A stretch of DNA of 22,353 nucleotides, taken from positions 544,367-566,719 of the forward strand of contig NC_057757.1 of assembly GCF_004010195.1 (NCBI RefSeq). The letters run 5' to 3'. A program made the position numbers and the translations under genes. The notes beneath the pieces are model-generated. The model worked only from the letters and a program-made list of their open reading frames with translations. It was not told where the DNA came from and made no database searches. The DNA is from Chiloscyllium plagiosum. Lineage: Eukaryota. Positions 8,693 through 19,672 of the stretch are shown here, piece by piece (positions within the stretch are counted from its first letter, which is position 1; each line of letters opens with the position of its first letter).

Positions 8693-8866
8693 ATTGGGAG
8701 GGCTCAGTGGGTAGAACTGCGCCTTTCATTGCCAGAAACCCGCCTTCGATTCATATCTTCTTTGACTGACTGTGTGGAATTTGCACACTCATCTCTCTCT
8801 CTCCTGGGTGAGTTTCCTCTGGCTGCTCCGATTCCTTCCCACAGTGCAAAGGTGTGCAATTCGGGA
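8693..8866 (+). mobile_element. Degenerate HE1-like (V-SINE) 5' half
   Basis: ggctcagtgggtagaactgc head, then tgtgtggaatttgcaca...gtttcctctggctgctccgattccttcccacagtgcaaaggtgtgca, matching the V-SINE central domain. Confidence 0.75.
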
Positions 8867-8916
8867 AAATGGCAAACAAAATCTGAATGGACTGTAAGTG
8901 CTGTAAATAAGAGATA

Positions 8917-9070
8917 AAATTCAGAATTACAGCTCGGGGAAAACAAAATGACAATTTCGGGTCAACAGACCCTTCCTCGGAACTGATTTTAATTCGCAAT
9001 GTTAACCCTGATTTCTCTCCACTGATGCTGCTTGATTTCGCTGAGCTTTTGGAGTAATTTCTATTTTTGT
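8917..9070. mobile_element. Degenerate palindromic PLE-terminus derivative (second family)
   Basis: The minus strand of 8950-8980 reads CCGAGGA-A-GGGTC-TGTT-GACCC-GAAA-TTGTC, a mutated hammerhead core. It is followed by gttaaccctgatttctctccactgatgctgc...gctgagctttt...aatttctatttttgt. Confidence 0.6.
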
Positions 9071-9261
9071 AGGTGGATCACAAATGCGGGTTTAGAAAGA
9101 TAGAATGGGGAGTGTGAATCTCTTCCACGGCACAGTGCAGATTCAACTGGCCAAATGGTTTCTGTCCGCACTGTGTCGAATTCCATTAACTCTGAACCTA
9201 TAAGTTTTTGTCCTTCTTTTAGTCTGTTGGTTTTCACATCTCTCCTGCCATGTGAATTGCA

Positions 9262-9672
9262 GAGCAGGACAGTCGACGTTTCGGGCATAAGCCACCACCA
9301 AACCGTTACCATCTGACGCCTGGAAGATGAACGCCTCATGTTCTGCCTTGGGACCCTGCAACCACACGGGATAAATGTGGATTTCAGCGGCTTCCTCATT
9401 TCCCCTCCACCCACATTATCACAGTCTGAAACATCCAACTCAGCACCATTCTCCGGACCTATTCATCTCTCCGCCTCTGACTTATCACCTTCTCCCCGCC
9501 TCCATCCACCATTTGCTTTCCCAGCTACCTTGCACCCAACCCCAACCCCCTCCCAATTATCTCTCAGCCCCCACCCACAAACCTCATTCCTGATGAAAGA
9601 TTTATGCCAGAAACGTCGATTCTCCCGCTCCTGGGATGCTGCCTGACCTGCTATACATTTCCAGCACGACAC
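9262..9672 (+). mobile_element. 5'-truncated Penelope-like element with a short inverted terminal copy
   Basis: GIY-YIG C-terminal segment RLEDERLMFCLGTLQPHGINVDFSGF. The terminus carries CTGATGA (9590-9596)...GAAACGTC (9610-9617). 9262-9293 is an inverted piece of the same terminus. Confidence 0.82.
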
Positions 9673-9699
9673 TATCGCCATGGCGAAGATAGAAGAACT

Positions 9700-10015
9700 C
9701 AGCTCAGGCTCTTTATCTGGGAGCGGAGAAGGCTGAGTGAGGAAGTGATTAAGGTGCACATTAAGGGAATCGGTATGTGTGATAGGAATGATCTTCTTAT
9801 GGGAAGAGTTAACAACCAAGGATCTCTGTCAAACACAAGGGAGAGGATGCTCGGAGAAGATATAGGAAGAACGTTTTCACTCTTAGAGTGTTGTTTATTT
9901 GGATTTCACTGTTTGAACGTGTGGTAAAGCTATGAGTCACCAAAGCATTTCAGGAATATTTAACCGAATACTTGAGAAGCGAGAGCACATATGGATAAGG
10001 ACCAGGTACGAGAAA
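9700..10015 (+). mobile_element. Highly degenerate CR1 3' fragment
   Basis: LRLFIWERRRLSEEVIKVH..KGI..DR, then TFSLLECC..W..L-like remnants. Confidence 0.65.
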
Positions 10016-10184
10016 GTGGGGTGAAGATAAACAGATGTCTGATGAAACATCCCAACACTGCACAGAAAATACAGAGCATGAAAGCATGGGAAAGGTAAAG
10101 GCATGGAAACGACTGGCGATCTGTTACAAGGGGTCTGCGGAATGCTACACTAGTCAAAAGATGACTTTGGCAGGATGGAGCTAG

Positions 10185-11666
10185 TGTGGCAGGATTGGAT
10201 AAGAATAGTGGAATGCTCCTACACCAATTAGCAGAGTCAGAATGTGCTGAAAGGTTACAATGGCAGGCTGAGATAAAAACAATTAGTAAAGTCAGCCTCG
10301 CCTACTGAATATCATCATGGCAGTTTGGGACAAGTCGTGACAGTACATACTTAGGACATGACTTTAAATAATTAATTGATAGTAGAGTTAGCCTGCTTGA
10401 GACACTTGTAGCAGGATATGACATTAAGTATCGAATTAGTAGTTAGTAGAGTCAGCTTGGGACTGGAAAACATTGTGATAGATGGGGTAGCTAAATATCT
10501 AATCATGACAGATTAGTCTGGGATGGAGGTTCATTGAGCACAGGTAGCAGTAGAATACGTAATAGTTACAGTAGAATAAAGTAGGAAAACCCATAGTCTC
10601 AGAAGTAGAACGATAATGGGAATTAGCACCATTGGTTTATTGTATAGCTGGAGTCAGGTAATTCTGACTAACACAGTTGGCATTCTGATAAGCTAACAAG
10701 ACATGATTAAAGAAAAGGTATAAAGTGATGGAGTTTAATTCAGATACATGTGAATTAAACATGTATTTTGGGAAAGCGAATCTTGGCAGGAGTTATACAC
10801 TTAATGATAAGACCCTAGGGAGTGTTGCTGAACAAAGAGACCTTGGAGTGGAGCTTCATAGCTCCTTGAAAGTGGAGTCGCAGGTAGATAGGATAGTGAA
10901 GAAGGTATGCTTTCCTATTTTGGTCAGAGTGTTGAGTACAGGAGTTGGGAGGTCATGTTGCGGCTGTACAGGGCATTGGTTAGGCCACTGTTGCAATATT
11001 GCGTGAAATTCTGGTGTGCTCCCGATCGGAAAGATGTTGTGAAAATTGTAAGGGTTCAGAAAGATTTACAATGATGTTTCCAGGCTAGGAGGATTTGAGC
11101 TATAAGGAGAAGCTGAAAAGGCTGGGGCTGTTTTCCCTGGAGCTTCGGAAGCTGAGGGGTGACCTTATAGAGGTTTACAAAATTATGAGGGGCATGGAAA
11201 GGATAAATAGACAAAATATGTTCCCTGGTGTGGGAAGTCCAGAACTCGAGGGCATAGGTTTAGTGTGAGAGGAGTAAGATATGAAAGAGAACTTAGGGGC
11301 AACTCTTTCACACAGAGGGTGGTACGTGAATGGAATAAGCTGCCAGAGGATGTGGTGTAGGCTCGTACAATCGCAACATTTGAGAGGCATGTGTATAGAA
11401 AGAGTTTGGAGGGATATGGGCCGGGTGATTGCAGGTGGGACGAGATAGGATTGGGATATCTGGTCGGTATGGACAAGTTGGACAGCAGTGTCTGTTTCGA
11501 TGCTGCACATCTCAATGACTCTATGAATCTATGCCATGGACCCTGAGGTTCGGGCGAATCAGAAATTTATTTTCTAAATGTCACTGTTTTTGTTTGCAAA
11601 TAAAAGATCTACTCCTTGAAAAGCTCTCCGCATCTCCTGGTGATAGTCGACGTTTTCTCTATGACA
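10185..11666 (+). mobile_element. Candidate solo LTR split by a CR1 insertion
   Basis: TG start, TATAAA at 10719-10724 immediately before the CR1, AATAAA at 11599-11604 after it, and an end at ...ATGACA. No TSD was found and the start is uncertain. Confidence 0.3.
10727..11533 (+). mobile_element. CR1/HER1-like LINE, 5'-truncated
   Basis: MEFNSDTCE..YFGKANLGRSYTLN..LGSVAEQRDLGVELHSSLKVESQVDRIVKK, continuing to a UTR and an ATGACTCTATGAATCTATG tail. Collinear with 1-479. Confidence 0.92.
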
Positions 11667-11703
11667 ACCGCAACTTTGGGCGCAGTAAAATTGTGGCGAG
11701 TGC

Positions 11704-11794
11704 AGCTCTGTGGCGCAATGAAAAGCGTGTCAGATTTCTACAAATTTGGTAACTTTGCTTTCAATGTTTGTGGGTTTGAACCGCACTAGAATTG
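11704..11794 (+). pseudogene. tRNA-Arg(TCT) pseudogene with an 18-nt intron
   Basis: AGCTCTGTGGCGCAATGAAAAGCGTGTCAGATT-TCT-A [11741-11758] TTTCAATGTTTGTGGGTTTGAACCGCACTAGAATTG aligns without exon gaps to vertebrate Arg-TCT (37-nt and 36-nt exons). The D-loop GG and the T-loop TTC are mutated. Confidence 0.78.
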
Positions 11795-12779
11795 GAGTTT
11801 AGTTCAGTTTTCAGCTGAATCATTAAGTGTTGTGCCTAATCCAAACTTATTTATCGTGCCCCGCTGGGTTTGACGTTCTAACGTCCAGTTTCCACTCACC
11901 GAAACGACGAAATTTCCCTCATATTTACTCTAAGACCTTCACATCAGCTGGATAACCTCTATTCGGACACAACTAAATCTTTCCTGAATTCTCCCGCATT
12001 ATTCTTTATCTATGCCAGCATCCTATTAACTGCCTCTTTTCGTTTCTAGTGGCTTTATCTCCAAGGAAACCATATTTCCTTCGTTTCTAACGACATGGTA
12101 TCATGGGCGGGTCATTCCTAACATCTTTATAGTCCAGTAAACACTGCCCGTGTCTTTCGTCATGTCTTTATATCCCTGTAAATTTCAACCTGAGAAAGGA
12201 TGCTGGGTCAAATTCAATGCATGAAAACTCACCACTAAGCTGTGCAATCTTATTACGGACACAGGAAAGGTGGAAGCAATTTCAATTACAGCTGAATGGA
12301 TTGGTTGCAACAGAATCGGGTCAAATCCCAGTCACATACTTGACTGTTCTTCTTATAGTTATTTCTTCTCTATGTGTGCTGAAGTAACACAGTGAGGGAT
12401 TAAATACTATTGCCAGACATGCATAAGGGGGCGTATGAAGTGCTGAAGTTGTGAGATCAGAGCAGTTTTTATTGACATGGAGCATTCATTGTTCGAATAT
12501 AAGTATTAGGAATTAGACAGAGAACGATTTTGAGCGAAATTTGTGCAGGGAAGTTTACCCCATGACGTAACACCAATTTGTGTGGTTACTTTGTTGTTTA
12601 CCTCATTTGTGTGTTTTGCCTCATTGAGGATTTTGAAGTTATCCCCTCTATACAAAAGGTCCGTGCTTTTGCACCATTATACAAAAGATGCAGTACAATA
12701 ACACCCAACGCTGTTTCACTCTACTTGCACAGATATTGACCCCCTAGAAACAATTTGCTACATTCCCGCTCATATGAAT

Positions 12780-13070
12780 CTTTTCATTACATCGGCTTCT
12801 GTTCTTCACGAAATCTGATTCAGCAGATCTTGTCACTGAGTCATTTCTTTGTATGTGTTCAGATCATGTGAGCAGAATATCACAGTCCATAACCCTGAAG
12901 GCAGACCATACTCAGGGAACCGTACTCTGCTTCAGATCATTTCATGAACACCAGGAAGAAATATCTTCAAATTTTACTCACTTGTTTTTCAGAAGCAAGA
13001 TAAACAATTCCAGTTTTCTGCTTTTGTTGTCACACGGACCAAGGTTGTAAATGCTGGAACCAGTTGTGAC
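12780..13070 (-). mobile_element. Very degenerate CR1 fragment
   Basis: atcttcaaattttactcacttgttt...agataaacaattccagttttct...gctggaaccagtt resembles the reverse complement of the CR1 C-terminal region. Boundaries are approximate. Confidence 0.4.
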
Positions 13071-13229
13071 TGTCCGCTCTCCCACATCCATTTTCTCCCC
13101 AGGAAGTGTTAAGATGATGGTCTGAATCGGATTCTTCTAAAAAGAAGAATCTTCTTATCCATTGATTTCTGGTTTATGGGCCCAGCAGGCACCCACTGAG
13201 TCTCTCTGTTAGCGCTGACCACAGCGGTT

Positions 13230-13750
13230 TCCCGCAGTGCTCAGCTTTGTGGAGCATGTACCTTCGAGGATGACATCAAAAGATATTCACTGTTACTGTA
13301 TGATACTCTACCAATGGAGGCAGCTCAGTCCGCTGGGATAGGACAAACAGCACCATCCCGCATGGGGAAATTCTGCAGTGTGTCCTGCGGATCAGATACA
13401 GTGAACTTTATCATTCAGATCATACCAGAGTGAGAGCTCTCGAAAGGTCTAATTGGTCACTGGTACCTGTGTCAGCTCGGGAGTTACAAAATATTGGTAA
13501 AAGCGGAAACACTGGATTTTGGATCAGGTTTCAAGTGTTTACATGAGGCTGGAAGCAGAAAAAAGATACACTGTGAAGAGATTGGCATCTGACTACAGGA
13601 GCAGCAAATTGGTTTTACAGCGCAGAGGAGAGCTTTGAAGTATTGAATTCTGGTTGATGGGCCGATCATGTTTTCACTAGGCCACGGTGCTACAGATGAT
13701 AATATGTCAGTGTCTCTCAGCATTGTGATGTCACAGGCAAATATCACCGT
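13230..13750 (-). mobile_element. Possible ancient L2-clade RT remnant
   Basis: Collinear but eroded motifs on the minus strand: KP..., QCFR (for QSGFR), LDLSRAL (for LDLSAAF), and a PQG-region-like segment. Confidence 0.3.
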
Positions 13751-14150
13751 TACACTGCTGGAAATTCCTTTTTCCAATGTGAGGGCGGTCTGTATGTAAA
13801 ATAGCTTCAATATTGAACCCTTTCTCATAAATAATTCCACTCCATCTCAGTGTGTTGTATTGTCTCCTTTCCATTTTACGTGTCATTGTGCCTGCACTGA
13901 AATTGATTTGCTCCTTCTGTGTGTCTTTTACTGTTTGGGTGATATGATGCAGTTGTACTGATCCACGTTCTGACAGAATTTTCCACTTCACTTCAGCCCA
14001 CCCTAACTTCGGTATCTGGTACCATTCCCGTTGTCTGGGTGTTAAGTGCTCGTCTCAGATCCAGCCTGCCCTCACGCAAAATAAACGCAAAACTCAGTCA
14101 CACTGTGATCACTGCAATCCAGGGAATCTTCACTCCGATGTCATGGATTA
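13750..14150 (-). mobile_element. Ancient CR1 endonuclease C-terminus and linker remnant
   Basis: The minus strand gives CSDHSVTEF (the AP-endonuclease SDH motif), followed by AEVKWKIL. Confidence 0.5.
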
Positions 14151-14157
14151 TTCCGAG

Positions 14158-16030
14158 GAGAAAGTTAGGACTGAAGATGCTGGAGTTCAGAGTCGGGAGT
14201 GTTGTGCTGGAAAAGCACAGCAGGTCAGTCAGCATCCGAGGAGCAGGAGCCTCCACGTTTCAGGCATAAGCCCTTCACCAGGAATAAGGCTTGCGAATCA
14301 GGACTGAGAGATAGTTTTTAGGGGTGTGGGGTTTGGGGGATGAAGCTGGGAAATCGATAGTTGGATGAAGGTGAGGGAGAAAATGATGGTTCAGAAGAAG
14401 CAGTGATGGAATGGGTCCAGAAGGCGGTGACAAGTTTGAGGCTTGGGACATGGGGGAAGGGAAATGAGGAAATCCACACTTATCACGTGAGGTGACAGAG
14501 TCCCAAGGCGGAATATACAGCGTTCCTCCTCCAGGTATTTGGTGGTTATGGTTTGGGGGTGAAGGAGGCCCAGGACCTGTACTTTTTAGACGGAGTGGGA
14601 GGGGAAGTTGAATTGTTCAGTCACGGGATGGTGAGGTTGGTGGGTGCGGGTGTCCTAGATCTCTGAAATGATCTGCAAGAAGGCGTCCTGTCTCCCTGAT
14701 GTAGAGGAGATTACACTGTGTGCAAAGGATGCAGTAGATGACATTGGAAGCGGTATAGGTGAATTTCTAACGGATGTGGAAGGATCCCTTGGGGTCTAGG
14801 ACGGAGATGAGTGAAGTGGTGTGGGCGCTGGTTTTACCCTTCCTGCAGTGGCCGGGAAAGATGCTAGTAGTGGGGTGTGGGATTATTGGGGGTTGTAGAC
14901 CTGACGAGGGGTGCATAGAGGGAATGGTCTTTTCAGAATGCTGATAGGGGTATGGAGGGAAATATGTATCTGATGGTGGGGTCTGTTTGGAGATGGCTGA
15001 AGTGGTGTAGTATGATTTGTTTTATGCGGAGGTTGGTGAGGTGCAAGTTGAAGACCATGGAGTTCTGTCCTTGTTGCGGGAGGGGTGGGGTTTGAGGGCG
15101 GTGGTGAGTGAAGTGGAGGAGATGCACTGGAAGGGGGAAGGGAATTTGCGATTATGGAAGAAAGAGACCAACTGGGACTTTCTGAGGTGGAATTGGTTAT
15201 CCTGGGAAAAGATGTGGTAGAGACGGAGGAATTGGGAACCAGGGATGGCGGTTTTACACGAGGTGGTGTGGGAGTAGGTGTCGTGTTGGTAGCCGTGGGA
15301 GTCGGTGGGCTTGTAGTATATATCTGTCAAGAGTCATTCGCTGGAGACGGTGATGGACAGGTCCGAGAAGGGGAGGGAATTTGCCAAGAAGATCCAGGTG
15401 AATTTGAGGTCAGGGTGAAAAGTTCTGGCAACGTTGGTGAACTGTTCAACTTCCTCGTGGAAGCACAAAGTGGCACCAATGCATTCATCAATGTAGCGGC
15501 GGAACAAGTGGAGTGAGGTGCCAGTGTAACTGCAAAAGACGGATAATTCCACACATCTGACAAACAGGCAGGCACAGCTAGGTCACATGCGGGTGCCCAT
15601 GGCTACACCTTTGGTTTGGAGGAAGTGGGATTATTGGACACAAACGTTGTTGAGGGTGAAGACCAGTTCAAACAGGTGGATGAGGGTGTCGGTGGAAGGG
15701 TACAAGTTGGGCTGGGGTGAGATGAAGAAACAGAAGACTTGGAGACTTTTGTCATGGCAGGTGGATGTGTACAGCGACTGGACGTCCAACGTGAAAATGA
15801 CGCGTTGTGGGCCAGGAAAACAAATGTCTTCGAGGAGGTGAAGTGCATAGGTGGTGTAACAAATGTAGGTGGGGATTTCCTGGACTGGGGAGACAGGAAG
15901 GTGTTGAGGAAGGAAGAGATGAGTTTGGTCTGACAGGCGCAGGATAAGACCACAGGTCTTAGGAAGGAGGTAGAATCAGTGAGTGCGCGGTTCATGGACA
16001 ATGAGGTTGGAGGCTGTGGGCGGAAGATTC
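14158..16030 (-). mobile_element. Penelope-like retroelement remnant (RT + GIY-YIG + terminal repeat), frameshifted
   Basis: The minus strand gives RT motifs QTKGVAMGTRM, LFRRYIDEC (YIDD mutated to YIDE, about 15485-15496), LKFTW and TDIYYKPTDSH, and GIY-YIG NVIYCILCTQCNLLYIRETGR (about 14685-14745). The terminus has a degenerate hammerhead CTGGTGA-A-GGGC-TTAT-GCCT-GAAACGTG (14254-14281). Confidence 0.92.
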
Positions 16031-16034
16031 CCCA

Positions 16035-18265
16035 GATGGATATAGTTCAATGATTGCTGAGATGGTGATCACAGCATCATTCAAGTGGACCTAGTGCAGG
16101 GATCCAGTCTGATGGCTGGGGGATCTAATCCAATGATCACTGGGATCAAGACCAGTGAGGGAAAGGATCCAGGTGGATTGGTGCAGTGATCAAGTGGATC
16201 TAGCGCAGGGATGCAGTACAATGACTGGGGGATCTAGTTCAATGATCGCTCGGATCAAGGTCAGCGAGGGGAGGGATCCAGTTTGACTGGTGCAGTGATC
16301 AAGTGGATCTAGTGCAGCGATCCAGTACAATGACTGGCGGAATCTAGTTAAAAGATAGCTGGAGCATGTCCAGCGAGTGAAGGGTTCCAGTTTGATTAGT
16401 GCAGTGATCAAGTGGATCTTGCACAGGGATCCAATACGATGACTGGAGGGATCTAATCATTGATCACTGGGATCATATCCAGTGAGGGAAGGGATCCAGT
16501 TTGAATAGTGCAGTGATCAAGTGGATACAGTGCAGGGATCCAGTACAATTACTGGGGATCCAGTTAAATGATCGCTGGGATCATGTCCAGTGAGGGAATG
16601 AACCAGTTGTACCGGTGCAGTGATCAAGTAGGTCTAGTGCAGGGATCCACTAGGATGACTGACGGGATCTACTCCAATGATTGCTGGGATAAAGTCCAGA
16701 CGAGGGAAGGGATCCAGTTGGACTGGTGCTGTGATCGAGTGGATCTAGTGCAGGAATCCAGTACAATGACTGGGGGATCTAGTTCAATGATCGCTGGGAT
16801 CATGTCCAGTGAGGGAGGAATCCAGCTGGACCAGTGCAGTAATGTAGTGGATCTAGTGCAGGGATCCAGTATGATGTGTGGAGTGATCTAGTTCAAAGAT
16901 TGCTGGAATCATGTCCAGTGAGGGAGAGAATCCTGTTGGACAGGTACAGTGATCAAATGGATCTAGTGCACGGATCCAGTACAATGACTGGGGGATCTAT
17001 TTAAATGATAGCTTGGAGCATGTCCAGCGGGTGAAGGGATACAGTTTGATTGGTGCAGTGGTCAAGTGGATCTAGTGCAGGGATGCAGTACAATGACTGG
17101 GGGGATCTAGTTCAAAGATTGCTGTGATCATGCCCAGTGAGGGAAGGGATCCATTTTGATTAGTGCAATGATCAAGTGAATCTTGCGCAGAGATCAAGAA
17201 TGATGAGTGGAGGGATCTAGTCCAATGATCGCTGGGATCATGTCCAGCGAGGGACGGGTTCCAGTTGGAATGGTGCAGTGATCAAGTGGATCTAGTGCAG
17301 GGTAAAGTACAATGACTGGGGATCTAGTTCAATGATCGCTGGGATGAAGTCTAGCGAGGGAGTGATCCAGTTGAACTGGTACAGTGATCAAGTGGATCTA
17401 ATGCAGGGATCCAATATGATGACTGGAGTGATCTAGTTCAAAGATTGCTGGGATCAAGTCCTGTTGAGCGAAGGAATCCAGTTGAACTGGTGCAGTGATC
17501 AAGTGGATCTAGTGCATGGATCCAGTACAGTGACTGGGGGATCTAGTTCAATGATCGCTGAAATCATGTCCAATGAGGGAGGGATCCAGTTTGACCAGTG
17601 CAGTGATCAAGTGGATCTAGTGCGCGATACAGTATGATGACTGGAGCGATCTAGTTCAAAGATTGCTGGGATCAAGTCCAGTGAGGGAAGGGAGCCAGTT
17701 GGACTGGTGCAGTGATCATGTCGATCTAGCACAGGGATCCAGTACAATGACTGGGGAATTTAGTTAAATGATAGCTGGAATCATGTCTAGCGAGGGAAGT
17801 GATCCTGTTTGATTGGAGCAGTGATCAAGTGGATCTTGCGCAGGTATCCAGTACAATGACTGGAGGGATCTAGTCCAATGAGCACTGGGTTCATGTCCAG
17901 CGAGGGAAGGGATCCAGTTTTAATTGTGCAGTGATCAAGTGGATCTAGTGCAGGGATCCAGTACAATGACTGGGGATCTAGTTCAATGATCGCTGGGACC
18001 ATGTCCAGTGAGGGAGGGATCCCGTTGGACTGGTGCAGTGATCAAATGGATCTCGCGCAGGGATCCCGTACAATGACTGTGTCATCTCGTTAAATGATAG
18101 CTGGGAACATGTCCAGCAAGGGAAGGGATCCAGTTTGATTGGTTCAGTGATCAAGTGGATCTAGTGTAGGGATCCAGTACGAGGACTGGAGGGATCTAAT
18201 CCAATGATCGTTGGGATCATGTCCAGCGAGGGAAGGTATCCAGTTTGACCGGTGCAGTGATCAAT
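16035..18265. repeat. About 109-bp GATC-rich satellite, about 20 copies
   Basis: Consensus GATCAAGTGGATCTAGTGCAGGGATCCAGTACAATGACTGGGGGATCTAGTTCAATGATCGCTGGGATCATGTCCAGCGAGGGAAGGGATCCAGTTTGACTGGTGCAGT. Units start at 16188, 16297, 16406, 16515, 16622 and onward. Confidence 0.96.
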
Positions 18266-18269
18266 TGAC

Positions 18270-18830
18270 AGTCAACATGACCCCCTTAATCTCACTCCAT
18301 CACTGTCACCCAGATTCCGACACTCTCATTCCATCACCGTTGCCCCGATCCCCTCACACTCACTCCAACCTGAGCCCCTCAAACTCACTCCATCATCTTC
18401 ATCCTTACCCCGTCACACTCTCTCCATCACAGTCAACCTGACCCACTCACACTCACTCCATCACCGTCAACCTGAGCCCCTCATACTCACGCCATCACCA
18501 ACAACCTGAGCCCCTTAATCTCACTCCATCATTTTCACTCTTCCCCATCACTCTCACTGCACCACCGTCACCCTGAGCCCCTCACACTCACTCCGTCATC
18601 ATCACCCTGACCCCGTCACACTCTCTCTATCACAGTCACCCTTACCGCTCACACTCACTCCACCGCCGTCACGATGATCCCCTCACACTCACTCCATCAC
18701 CATGACACGCGCGCACTCACTCCATCACTATCATCCTGACCCCCTCACAGTTCCTGCATCACGAACACTCTGACCCCCTCACACTTACTGCGTCACTATC
18801 ACCCTGACCTCCTCACACTTACTACATCAC
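18270..18830. repeat. About 34-bp C/A-rich minisatellite (CACACTCACTCCATCACCGTCACCCTGACCCCCT), about 16 diverged copies
   Basis: Tandem units are directly visible. Confidence 0.9.
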
Positions 18831-19016
18831 CAGCTGAGGATTTTTGCTGCTGGAAGTTACCTCAGAAATCCTGTTAAATCGAAATGTGTTGAGCGAATCT
18901 CAAGACAGAAAGCATTTAACACGGAACACAAACAAAACTGGCATACCTCATTCATTTTCAGACACAGAGATGCATGAGTGCTAAATGTGATACAGTCCGA
19001 GGGCATGAGTCATAAA
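18831..19016 (+). repeat. Direct repeat, copy 1 (start of a putative 3,337-bp tandem unit)
   Basis: Ungapped match to 22168-22353 with about 20 mismatches in 186 bp (manual count). Confidence 0.93.
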
Positions 19017-19590
19017 GTAATCTCACAACTAACAAGAGGGCATTTCCAAACGACTCTTTCAAACATATTGCAGCCTTAGTGCACCACCATTTTCCAGACA
19101 ATGCTGAAACGAGAGAAAGAAAGAACATAATAAGAATTGGCCGTAAAAATGAATTTCACCAATCACAGTCTCGATTAGATTACCTTTTCCTTCCGATGTT
19201 TCCAGGACGGAAATGAAGGAAATGTGAGAAATTCAATAAGGTAGGACATCGAAATTCATTGGGACGATTTTCCCATTAGCTAGAAACCCAAATAACAACG
19301 AGTAGAGTCACCGTAGGACTTCGTTTCACAACAACTATGATATAACAGTCTCCATTCGGTTCCAGTAAAAGCTCAACTTGCCTGGGACTGCAGAACTGTT
19401 TGCGATTTTCCGCGTGGGTGGCGAACACGATCATGACAGTGGAGACATTTTCAAATATTTGGCAGTATCTCACACCAAAGTTAATTCCCTGGGAAGCAAA
19501 CCCATTTTACTTTTGTTTACAACATCAATATACAGTGGACACCGAAACAGCATTTTAACCAGCTGCAGCGTTGGAGTTGATCAGCAGAAA

Positions 19591-19672
19591 TGGCAGCGGT
19601 GGGATTCGAACCCACGCCTCTGTCGAGACTGGAGCCTAAATCCAGCGCCTTAGGCCGCTCGGCCACACTACC
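19591..19672 (-). tRNA. tRNA-Leu(TAG), 82 nt, apparently intact
   Basis: GGTAGTGTGGCCGAGCGGCCTAAGGCGCTGGATTTAGGCTCCAGTCTCGACAGAGGCGTGGGTTCGAATCCCACCGCTGCCA. All stems pair, with a long variable arm, intact A and B boxes and discriminator A. Confidence 0.93.

Noticed and set aside
11856..11976. Possible minus-strand tRNA relics (tgccccg..., ttcggacacaacta)
   Set aside because: Matches are too short and no cloverleaf can be built.
13484..13991. Minus-strand ORFs of 118 and 86 aa as a host gene
   Set aside because: No protein family recognised; better explained as eroded LINE sequence.
14158..16030. Active Penelope element
   Set aside because: Frameshifts, stops, the catalytic YIDD to YIDE change, YIG to YIR, and 5' truncation.
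16035..18265. CRISPR-like array, bacterial Dam/oriC-like GATC cluster, or ribozyme-bearing satellite
   Set aside because: Whole units repeat with no unique spacers and no cas genes, the context is contiguous vertebrate retroposon DNA, and I found no CTGANGA..GAAA core on either strand of the consensus.
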